Below are positions 38,733 to 48,707 of a DNA stretch of 64,000 nucleotides, piece by piece. The translations under genes and the position numbers were made by a program. The notes below the pieces were generated by a model. That model was not told where the DNA came from and did no database searches. It saw only the letters and a program-made list of their open reading frames with translations. How positions within the stretch are numbered: the first letter of the stretch is position 1; each line of letters begins with the position of its first letter. The DNA is taken from positions 1,281,159-1,345,158 of the forward strand of contig CALNYX010000017.1 in assembly GCA_942490925.1 (NCBI GenBank), in the 5' to 3' direction. Source of the DNA: an uncultured Chlamydiaceae bacterium (GTDB lineage: Bacteria; Chlamydiota; Chlamydiia; Chlamydiales; JAAKFR01).

Positions 38733-40639
38733 GATACCACCTTCAACACGATTAACGTGATATCATCATGTTGCTTTGCCTCTCCAACAAATTGATTGAG
38801 CTCAGCAATGAGTTTTTGTGCGATCTCAGATGCCGTTGATGAAGCCTCGCGTTGAATAAACTGTTGCAAACGCTCTTCCCCAAACATGTTAAACTCCACA
38901 TCGTGCGCTTCTGTCACCCCATCGCTGTACATCACGACAATATCGCCTGCTTCAAGCTGGATCGACTCTGCTTCTGGAGATTGAGCTTTTTCCATCAATC
39001 CCATTGCCATATCTAAGTGATTAAGCAGCCCAACGGATTGATCTTTTCGATGGTAGATCACCGGTGGATTATGTCCATATGAATAGTAATCAAAACGATG
39101 TGAGGAGTGATCATATTGTCCCATAAATGCGGTAACAAACATTCCCGTTTCTCCCGTATCACGACAAAACAGATTGTTCGCCTGGCGCATCGTCTCTGTA
39201 AGTTGATCCCCCTCTTGAGCAAATGTCCGCAGCATATTTTTTAAAATTGAGGAGTAACAGCAGGCTTGAACCCCTTTACCAGCGGCATCAGCCACTGCCA
39301 AAACCAATTTGTCATTTTCTTTGACAAACATGTCATAGAAATCACCGCCAACTTCAATTGCTGGGATAAACGTCTCTGCTAATTCAACACCTTCATAGGT
39401 TGGTACCCCTTGAGGCAAGAGACTTTTTTGCACAAGTTGGCCCATTGCTAATTCTTGAGCATATTTCTCTTTTCCAACCCGTTCCTCTTCTGCAATATGC
39501 TGTTTTTCTAGTAGCGTATCTACAAAACCATTGAAAATGTTGCCCAGGCTATTGATCTCAAATCCAACAGGATCTTTTTTATACCGTTTTTCAAGATCAC
39601 CTTGCTGAATTTGTTGCATCACGCGACTGAGACTTGAAATCGGTTTTGCCATCCTTTTAGTGATGAAATAGGCCAAAATGACACCAATTATCAAAATCAT
39701 CACGTAGCTACTGTAAATCCACAATAACTCATGAAAAGGAGCTTCAATCACATCACTTCGAGAGGCATAGGCTAGTAAGAAAAATTCCGTCCCTGGCAAT
39801 TGTTTGATCAAACCAATCTGTTTCTCATTTTGCCATGTAAAGCCTATAAATGGCGGACCAAAATCAGTTCCTTTAATTCCTTCACCTGGGACAAAAGCAT
39901 TCGCCGGTTGGTCCTCCCGAAATGGGTTTGTCACATCCTGCTCAAGTCTATGAAAGTAGCGAAATCGCAAATGAGGATCTGTTGCCGCAAAAATAAACGA
40001 AGAGGGGAGAAACATGGCAAATTCGATGGGATAGGGATATTCGTCTTGTTGTAAAAGCAGTTCAATATTTTCCTGAATATTATCAACAATTGCTATGACC
40101 CCTACCGGTTTGTCATCTTTGAGAATACCGTAAGAGCTGAGCAAAAAAGGTGTTTGCGTTTCTTTATCTCGAATAATTGTTGTGACATAACCACTTTTTT
40201 CTCCTGCCTGCGAAAATGGGTTCGGGGATTGAAAAAAGCGAGTGAGATCTTTGTTATCATATTCAGGCATGCTTGATGAGACAACAACGTACTGCCCCTT
40301 ATCTGTCACTTTGAGCAACAAAATCCCATAATAATCGTTGAGAGAGGAGAGATGTTTTAAATCCTCATACATTTTAGGCGTCTGCTCTGAAGGGAAATCC
40401 TCATTTAAATTTAAAAAAAACGAGAGAATATGAAAGATTTTTTCATTTTTTACTTGAATTTGAGATAATGGTAGCAGTCTCGCTTCAACCTCTTGACTTA
40501 AGTGAAGCTGTGCCACTTCCACAGTCTGCTCATACCTGTTTTCAAGGAAAATAAAGAAGTCCACTAAAAGGGGAATAGCAAGTAGAATGATGCTAATGCC
40601 CAGCAAGCGAAAACCAATAGATTTACGGAAAGGTATCAT
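38729..40639 (-). CDS. rsbU: RsbU-type membrane-bound PP2C serine phosphatase with a periplasmic sensor domain
   Basis: TM, periplasmic domain, TM, HAMP and a SpoIIE/PP2C domain with all acidic metal-binding motifs intact (GGDFYD, ADAAGKG, YSDGVTEA, HDDITLIVLK). Confidence 0.9.
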   Translation of the reverse strand: MIPFRKSIGFRLLGISIILLAIPLLVDFFIFLENRYEQTVEVAQLHLSQEVEARLLPLSQIQVKNEKIFHILSFFLNLNEDFPSEQTPKMYEDLKHLSSLNDYYGILLLKVTDKGQYVVVSSSMPEYDNKDLTRFFQSPNPFSQAGEKSGYVTTIIRDKETQTPFLLSSYGILKDDKPVGVIAIVDNIQENIELLLQQDEYPYPIEFAMFLPSSFIFAATDPHLRFRYFHRLEQDVTNPFREDQPANAFVPGEGIKGTDFGPPFIGFTWQNEKQIGLIKQLPGTEFFLLAYASRSDVIEAPFHELLWIYSSYVMILIIGVILAYFITKRMAKPISSLSRVMQQIQQGDLEKRYKKDPVGFEINSLGNIFNGFVDTLLEKQHIAEEERVGKEKYAQELAMGQLVQKSLLPQGVPTYEGVELAETFIPAIEVGGDFYDMFVKENDKLVLAVADAAGKGVQACCYSSILKNMLRTFAQEGDQLTETMRQANNLFCRDTGETGMFVTAFMGQYDHSSHRFDYYSYGHNPPVIYHRKDQSVGLLNHLDMAMGLMEKAQSPEAESIQLEAGDIVVMYSDGVTEAHDVEFNMFGEERLQQFIQREASSTASEIAQKLIAELNQFVGEAKQHDDITLIVLKVVS

Positions 40640-40656
40640 CTAGTATCATTGTTACG

Positions 40657-41349
40657 ATGAATAATAAAATCTCAAGCCTTCATCACCCTCTTGTCAAACA
40701 TTTTGTTAAATTACGAGAGAAAGCCTCCTATCGCAAAGAGCAAGATTCTGTGCTTGTGATGGGTGATACACTCATTAATGAGCTCCCGGTGAAGCCCAAA
40801 AATGTACTTACAATCGAAAACTCCTCAATAGAGATCTTAAAAAAAATCAGCGGTCTTACCTCTTTTAGTGAAAGCATCGCAGAAGTTGGGCTTCCTAAAC
40901 CGACCTCAGTTGGAACAGTTTCATCTCTTTTAGTCATCGACCAAATTTCAGACCCTGGAAATCTTGGTACGCTGCTACGCACTGCTCTTGCCCTCAACTG
41001 GGGAGGCGTTTTTCTCCTTCCAAACTCTGTTGACCCTTTTAATGACAAAGTGATGCGCGCTTCACGGGCAGCCCTTTTCAAGCTTCCATGGCAACAAGGA
41101 AGCTTTGAAGAGCTCCAAGAGCTTGTAAAACGCTTTACACCTCTTATTGCAGATATCAAAGGGACTAATCTCAAAGAAATTGGGCAACCAAAACATCCTT
41201 TGCTTGTTTTAAGTCATGAAGCGCATGGTGTTTCAGACCAGATGGCACAACTCGGACAAAAAGTTACAGTCCCAATGGCAAATATGGAATCTCTAAATGT
41301 AGCCGTTGCAGGCAGCATCTTAATGTATGGATTATGGACGACGAACTAA
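40657..41349 (+). CDS. TrmH/SpoU-family RNA 2'-O-methyltransferase
   Basis: SpoU motifs ISDPGNLGTLLRTALALNWGGVFLL, LVLSHEAHGVS and SLNVAVAGSILMY. Confidence 0.85.
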   Translation: MNNKISSLHHPLVKHFVKLREKASYRKEQDSVLVMGDTLINELPVKPKNVLTIENSSIEILKKISGLTSFSESIAEVGLPKPTSVGTVSSLLVIDQISDPGNLGTLLRTALALNWGGVFLLPNSVDPFNDKVMRASRAALFKLPWQQGSFEELQELVKRFTPLIADIKGTNLKEIGQPKHPLLVLSHEAHGVSDQMAQLGQKVTVPMANMESLNVAVAGSILMYGLWTTN

Positions 41350-42365
41350 GTAAAAAAGAGCATAAAGAACAGCGTAAAATGGCCAAAAGGCGCGATCGAT
41401 CTAAATATAAGAAAACAGATCGCGACAAGTGGGAGAAAAAACAGTCTACTGAGGCTGAGCAAAAGTTCGACCGCGAAGAACTGCTCAAGGGACGCGTATT
41501 GGCAATCTTCCCTGAAGAGGTCCACGTGGAACACGAAAATCAGATCTTCCCTTGCGTCCTACGTGGTGTTTTGAAAAAAGAAGTGAGTCGAAAAAAAACA
41601 TTGATCGCTGTTGGAGATTTTGTGCTTTTTGATCCCAAAGCAAGTCGCATCGCTCATGTTGAGCCACGTCATACCATCTTGTCACGCAGTGACCATCTCA
41701 GGCGCAATAAAGAGCAGATTCTGGCAGCAAACATTGACCAAGTCCTCATCACTGTCTCAGTTGTCAAGCCTCCACTAAAACCTGCCCTTGTCGATCGCTA
41801 CATCATTGCAACGTGTAAAGGGAAGATGCAGCCGGTTATCATTGTCAACAAAATCGATCTGCTTGAAAAAGGGAGTGATGAATCAGAGCTTTACAAAGAA
41901 TTTGTTCGGGTTTACAAAGGACTTGGAATCCCAGTGCTTCCGATAAGTGTAACAAAAAACAAAGGCCTGAGCGCATTAAAAAAGCAGATGGCTAAGAAAG
42001 CTTCGGTCTTCTCAGGTCAATCAGGAGTGGGTAAATCCTCTCTCATCAATGCTATTGCTGATTTAGATCTACCGATCGGCGATGTCGTGCACAAAACACG
42101 CAAAGGAGCGCATACAACCTCCCAAGCGAAACTCATTCACCTCCCATTTGATGGTTGGTGTATTGACACACCCGGGATCAGGAGTTTTGGAATTTGGGAT
42201 CTTACCTTAGATGATCTTGAAGATTACTTTCCTGAAATTTTTGAATTCCGCCATGCTTGTCGCTTTCCCGATTGCACACACACACATGAACCCGATTGCG
42301 GTGTCAAAGATGCGATTGAGCGAGAAGAGATCAACCCCCTACGTTTTTCCTCCTATCAGAAACTG

Positions 42366-42383
<18 letters not shown>
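41334..42383 (+). CDS. rsgA: Ribosome small-subunit-dependent GTPase A
   Basis: Circularly permuted GTPase (NKIDL...GQSGVGKSSLINAI) with a C-terminal zinc finger CRFPDCTHTHEPDCGV and a basic N-terminal extension. Confidence 0.9.
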
Positions 42384-44132
<1,749 letters not shown>

Positions 44133-44213
44133 TCTCTGAATTTTTGATAAAATAGCCTTGCTACAGGTCGCTGAAAATCTCATTTTTGTGCTAAAATGAG
44201 ACTGGAGGGGGAT

Positions 44214-44600
44214 ATGAATCAGGCTGTTGTATTATTTGGTGAAGCTGAAAAGGGAGAGTTTCATTCTGCCTATTTTTGTGAAACACTGGAACATCTGGCG
44301 CACCACATTGGTGAGCCTCCTCACAAAGAGGCGCGTGGCATACAGTTTGCGATTCAGATGCTACTGTTTAGACGTCCAGTTCTTTTTTTTCGCGTACAAG
44401 AAGAGGGATTTCATCAAGCTGACTACCTAACTGGATTGAAAAAGCTTCAGAAAAAAGAACTCTTCCCGCCGATAGCAGCCATCGCCCTTCCAGGTGTTGG
44501 GGATCATGAGATTATTCAAGCGACCTCGCCTATCTGTGCTCTGCATGAAAGCTTTCTTATTCTCACTGAGCAAGATCTCTACGATTACCTTACCACCTAA
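44214..44600 (+). CDS. Hypothetical protein (128 aa)
   Basis: Start moved to ATG 44214 (MNQAVVLFG), which follows a GGAGGGGG Shine-Dalgarno sequence. I recognise no family. Confidence 0.5.
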   Translation: MNQAVVLFGEAEKGEFHSAYFCETLEHLAHHIGEPPHKEARGIQFAIQMLLFRRPVLFFRVQEEGFHQADYLTGLKKLQKKELFPPIAAIALPGVGDHEIIQATSPICALHESFLILTEQDLYDYLTT

Positions 44601-44779
44601 GCATAGACTCATTATGCTTATTTGATATGTATTAAAGGCTTCTAAGTTTTTTTCTTTCCGTTAGAAGCTATTCACTCTTGCCGCTGCACATTTTAACAAA
44701 ATTTTTATCAAAAGGTTGCTTTTTTTCCTGCCAGACAATTAAAGTTTTTTTTCAGAAATGTGCCTTAGCTCAGTTGTAT

Positions 44780-44850
44780 GCCGGTTTAGCTCAGTGGTAG
44801 AGTGTTGAAAAAGTATTTCAAAGGCAGGGGTTCGATTCCTTTGACCGGCT
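44780..44850 (+). tRNA. Aberrant tRNA-like gene (tRNA-Thr-derived, nominal anticodon AGU); possible pseudogene
   Basis: Good acceptor stem (GCCGGTT/GACCGGC), D-arm (TAGCTCAGTGGTAGAGT) and T-arm (AGGGG-TTCGATT-CCTTT). The anticodon loop AAAGTAT lacks U33, the variable loop is 4 nt, and a partial copy of the 5' D-arm (44761-44778) sits 1 nt upstream. Confidence 0.45.
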
Positions 44851-44868
44851 TAAACTGTAGGAAGGCAT

Positions 44869-46011
44869 ATGATGAAAAAGTATTTGGCTAGCTTTATAGT
44901 CGGTATTGCTCTTTTTTCCATGTTTTTTGGGGGAGGAAATTTAACATTTCCTCTCTTGGTAGGAATTGACTCCACACGCATACTTCCACCAACCCTTGGT
45001 TTTTTGATATCCGGGGTACTGGTCCCTTTCTTTGGCCTTTTGGTTGGACTATATTTTAAAGGCGACTATGAGAAAAGTCTCGGTATTTGGGGAAAGCGAG
45101 TCGCGCAAATTTTGATTTTTACACTCCTTCTTTTTTGGATCCCATTAGGGTCTGGACCGCGTTGTAATCAGCTCGCTCATGGAGCCTTTTGTCAGCTGGG
45201 GCTTGATCTTCCTCTTTGGTTCTACAGCGGAGTATATAGTGTGATTGTCTACTTACTCACTGCCCAGAGAAAGTACTTCTTAGAAATCCTTGGTAAAGTT
45301 ATCACTCCCATTTTGATTGCGTCACTGTTTTTTATAATCTTTTCTATTTTTTCCCAAAGCAAAGAGACTCTTCTCCCCGGGCAGCCTTCCTTTTTTCAAG
45401 AGCTAAGAGCTGGGATGCATGCTGGGTACTACACCATGGATTTCATTGCAGCGATTTTCTTTTCAGCAACAATAATTTCGCTGATTCGTGATCAACATAA
45501 AGGAACTCCAACAGAGCAGCGGAGTTTAGTACGCAATGCCTTTTGTATTGGAATTGGGCTCTTATCAATCATCTACATCGGGATGATTGGTGTTGGAAAT
45601 GTTAATGCAGATGTTCTTTCTCAAGTCTCTAAAGGTCAACTGCTAGCTGCTGTAGGAAAGGTGATGTTTCATGAGAAATTTTTCTTTATCGTTGTGACAG
45701 TCATTGTTTTAAGCGTCCTCTCTACTTCTATGGCGCTTTCTCTTGTTTATGCAGACTACTTAAGAAAGACACTATTCAAAGATAAGCTTAGCCATAAAGT
45801 GACTCTATTTATCGCTGTCTTTACTTCATATGTGATGTCGTTGGTTGGTTTTGATAGATTAGCATTGTTAATTTCTTATGCTATGTCGGCGCTTTACCCT
45901 TTCTTACTCCTGACTGTTGTCCTAGGCCAAGGAAAAAGCCTTTATGGAGAGCGTTTAAAAACTTGGCTTGCCACCAGAAAAATAGCAATTAAAAATGAAA
46001 ACAATTCATGA
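44869..46011 (+). CDS. brnQ: Branched-chain amino acid transport carrier (LIVCS/BrnQ family), short form
   Basis: The N-terminus LFSMFFGGGNLTFPLLVG matches the BrnQ signature (FFGAGNLIFPP). About 11 TM segments. An AGGAAGG RBS lies 3-6 nt before the tandem ATGs at 44869 and 44872. Confidence 0.7.
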   Translation: MMKKYLASFIVGIALFSMFFGGGNLTFPLLVGIDSTRILPPTLGFLISGVLVPFFGLLVGLYFKGDYEKSLGIWGKRVAQILIFTLLLFWIPLGSGPRCNQLAHGAFCQLGLDLPLWFYSGVYSVIVYLLTAQRKYFLEILGKVITPILIASLFFIIFSIFSQSKETLLPGQPSFFQELRAGMHAGYYTMDFIAAIFFSATIISLIRDQHKGTPTEQRSLVRNAFCIGIGLLSIIYIGMIGVGNVNADVLSQVSKGQLLAAVGKVMFHEKFFFIVVTVIVLSVLSTSMALSLVYADYLRKTLFKDKLSHKVTLFIAVFTSYVMSLVGFDRLALLISYAMSALYPFLLLTVVLGQGKSLYGERLKTWLATRKIAIKNENNS

Positions 46012-46702
46012 GTTTGCCTCTTGTCTTGAGAAGAACATGGTCATCACTGGAGGCCATTTTACTTTAGATGCAGAGGGAAAAAGTATTAATCCCGGGACCA
46101 TAGGTTCTTTCCATCGAGCAGTTGAACTCTATGCATTAGCAAAAGAGGAAGCACTTAATCCAACTTTGGGGATTCTTATTAACGATATTGGAGCAGTTTG
46201 CACCGCATCAGCATGCTCCACGACTGCGGTTATTTCTAAAGTGAATTTTGTTTTCCCTGAAACCTACCGGGCTGTTTTAGATGAGTTTGGCATTACCCAA
46301 GAGGAGCTCACTATTTTTTGGGAAAAACACATTCGCAATCGCGCTAAAAAACTCTTGCATAAGCGAATTGCAGCAGCTGATCCTAACCTCTTTTACAGAG
46401 AGGGGGAGTATCATTACAAAAACCCTCAATTGAATACTGATATTATCCTCACACGAAAAATAGAAAAAGATAAACGAGGGACACCAGCATGCCCCTTGAT
46501 AATGAGCGCTTACGCTTTAGAACACAATAAAATGGGCTTTAGCTCAAGCTTCAATTTTTACTATGTAGGTGAAGACAACTACAAGAATGTTGCCAATCAC
46601 TTCGTGATTGAGAAGGGAGCTTTTTTAGCAAAGTGTTTCGATCTAAATACGCATGTTAAAAATGTCTATATTTTTAATGATAAAATTATGAAGAACTTCT
46701 AA
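45995..46702 (+). CDS. Hypothetical protein (235 aa), translationally linked to brnQ and a cysteine desulfurase
   Basis: Overlaps brnQ by 17 nt, and its stop abuts the nifS-like ATG. It has Cys-containing motifs (GILINDIGAVCTASAC, RGTPACPLIMSAYALEH). I recognise no family. Confidence 0.6.
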   Translation: MKTIHEFASCLEKNMVITGGHFTLDAEGKSINPGTIGSFHRAVELYALAKEEALNPTLGILINDIGAVCTASACSTTAVISKVNFVFPETYRAVLDEFGITQEELTIFWEKHIRNRAKKLLHKRIAAADPNLFYREGEYHYKNPQLNTDIILTRKIEKDKRGTPACPLIMSAYALEHNKMGFSSSFNFYYVGEDNYKNVANHFVIEKGAFLAKCFDLNTHVKNVYIFNDKIMKNF

Positions 46703-47845
46703 ATGATCTTTCTAGACAATAATGCGACCACGCAAGTAGATGAGCTCGCTACGGAGGCAATGCTTCCATTTTTCAATACCGTTTATGCCAACCCTTCATC
46801 TCTTCATCAAGCAGGCCAGGATGCCTTAGCAGAAGTAGAGCGTGTACGCAGACAAATCGGTGAGCAGCTGAGCTGCTTGCCTGAAGAAATTTTTTTTACT
46901 CGTTCAGGTACAGAAGCAAATAATTTTTGTCTGAAACATTATGCCCTTTCCAATAAAGAGCGAGGAAACCATCTCATTACCTCAAAAATTGAGCATGCTT
47001 CGGTTTTAGAAGTGTGTGCTTTTTTAGAAACAGTTGGGTTTGAAGTCACTTATCTCGATGTAGATGAAGTGGGAATTATTCACCCTGAGCGTCTAAAAGA
47101 GGCCATTCAAAAGAATACGATTCTTGTTTCGATCGCACATGTGAATAACGAGATTGGAACCATTCAGCCTTTAAAAGCTTTGCTGGCAGTTTGTGAAGAC
47201 ATTCCATTTCATACAGATGCGGTACAGAGCTTTTTAAAAACAGATTTTTCAATCGAAAACTACCCAGTCGCATTAGCCTCTTTTTCTGGACATAAGTTTC
47301 ATGCGCCAAAAGGGATTGGTTTTGTATTTAAGAAAAAGTCACTTGCTCTCCCTCCCTATTTGCATGGAGGTCAGCAGGAGAAGGGTGTTTTTGCAGGGAC
47401 AGAGAATGTTCCTTACATCGTGGCGCTAGGAAAAGCCATGGAATGCATAAGCTCAACGCACGTAGAAGGCATGAGACATCTTCAAGAATATCTTGTTGAG
47501 CAGCTTATGCAGATAGAAGGCATTCGGATGAATGGGCCCTGTGATCTGTCACAAAGGGTCTGCTCTAATCTGAACTTTTCTTGCAATTCTCTTGAAGGAG
47601 AGAACATTTTAAGAGAGCTCTCTAGTGCAGAAATTTATGTCTCCACCGGTTCAGCGTGTAGCTCGAAGCATTCACGAATCTCTCATGTCTTACGTGCAAT
47701 TCAATGCCCTCCTGAATTTATCCATGGTAACGTCCGCGTTGGTCTATCAAAGTATACCACGCGCGCAGAAGTAGAAACCTTCATTGACAAGCTTTCAGCT
47801 ATAGTGACATCGCACGCTCAATTCAGGTTATTTACATGCCAATAG
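46703..47845 (+). CDS. Cysteine desulfurase (NifS/IscS-type class V aminotransferase)
   Basis: IFLDNNATT N-terminus, PLP lysine in SFSGHKFHAPKGIGF, GTENVP, and catalytic Cys in STGSACSS. Confidence 0.9.
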   Translation: MIFLDNNATTQVDELATEAMLPFFNTVYANPSSLHQAGQDALAEVERVRRQIGEQLSCLPEEIFFTRSGTEANNFCLKHYALSNKERGNHLITSKIEHASVLEVCAFLETVGFEVTYLDVDEVGIIHPERLKEAIQKNTILVSIAHVNNEIGTIQPLKALLAVCEDIPFHTDAVQSFLKTDFSIENYPVALASFSGHKFHAPKGIGFVFKKKSLALPPYLHGGQQEKGVFAGTENVPYIVALGKAMECISSTHVEGMRHLQEYLVEQLMQIEGIRMNGPCDLSQRVCSNLNFSCNSLEGENILRELSSAEIYVSTGSACSSKHSRISHVLRAIQCPPEFIHGNVRVGLSKYTTRAEVETFIDKLSAIVTSHAQFRLFTCQ

Positions 47846-48707
47846 CCCTTAGATATGTTGCGATGGCGCTTACAGCCAGCTTCATGATTGGTTTTTTTCC
47901 GATCTATTGGGCAATGTTCAGTGAAGTGAGTAGCAATATTCTTCTTTTTTATAGGAGCTTTTGGAGCTGTATTTTCTTGCTGCCGGTGATCATTTTTTGT
48001 AAGGGAAAGCTTGTTGTGCAAGAGATTCCTTTCTTCTTATTGTCAGCAACCTGTTTGGGGGCAAATTGGCTCGTTTATATCTATGCAATCAATCACAATC
48101 ATGTGATAGAAGCGAGCATGGCGTATTTCATTTTTCCGCTTGTGAGTACTCTTTTGGGATTTTTCTTTTTTAAAGAACCGATTTCAAAAAAACAGCAATG
48201 GGCACTACTTTGTGTTGCGTTAGGCCTTTCTTATCTGTTTGTTGTGAAGCACATTTTTCCAGTATATTCCTTAGTGATTTCGTTAACTTTTGCCTGCTAT
48301 GCTTTGATTGGAAAACTCGTTAAGACATCTGTTTTTATCCGTATGGCTATTGAATGTTTATTAATTAGCCTCTTTTTAATGTTATGTTTTCAATCCCCAA
48401 TGCAACTTACCATGCATTTTTTGCAGTTTGATGTCTTAATGCGTCTATTGCTCCTTATGGGAGGAGTGATCACTGTCATGACCTTTGCTTGTTTTAACAG
48501 CGCCGTTAAAAGACTCCTTTTTCATTGATGGGCTTGATCGGCTTTGTTGTGCCGACATTGGTTTTCTTAATTGGTGTTTTTTATTTTCATGAAGAGCTAG
48601 ATCATCAGAGACTCTATTCGACGCTCATGATTTGGGTGGGAGTGCTGCTTTACATTTCTGATTTAGGCTTCTACAAATCGTTAAGATCTGCCACATCAAG
48701 GAGCTGA
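47836..48707 (+). pseudogene. rarD: RarD/EamA-family (DMT) transporter interrupted by a 1-nt frameshift
   Basis: ORFs 47836..48528 and 48525..48707 are two halves of one 10-TM EamA-type protein. Across the junction the frames read ...NSAVKRL|LFH* and ...PFSLMGLIGFVVPTL. Restoring one C at ~48516 gives KRLPFSLMGLIGFVVPT, the conserved RarD pattern. Confidence 0.75.

Noticed and set aside
40728-41174. Long antisense ORFs inside well-supported genes: 40728..41174 (-), 51814..52305 (-), 58663..59148 (+), 58727..59098 (-), 31448..31840 (+), 57046..57420 (+), 34875..35252 (+) and 12681..13004 (+).
   Set aside because: Each lies wholly within, and antisense or out of frame to, a gene with strong family motifs. 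Their translations are low-complexity (S/R/L-rich) with no motifs.
44178-44201. 9-bp hairpin tctcatttt-tgtgct-aaaatgaga after eno, as a rho-independent terminator.
   Set aside because: The stem is AT-only and no U-tract follows (the next bases are ctggaggggg). It is too weak to call. It did help move the next gene's start to ATG 44214, behind a GGAGG.
44761-44778. Partial tRNA duplicate as an att scar of an integrated island covering the brnQ-nifS-rarD-zinc-ribbon region.
   Set aside because: The duplicated segment is the 5' D-arm, not the 3' end that integrases target. It is directly adjacent rather than kilobases away, and no integrase, excisionase or second att-like copy is visible downstream.
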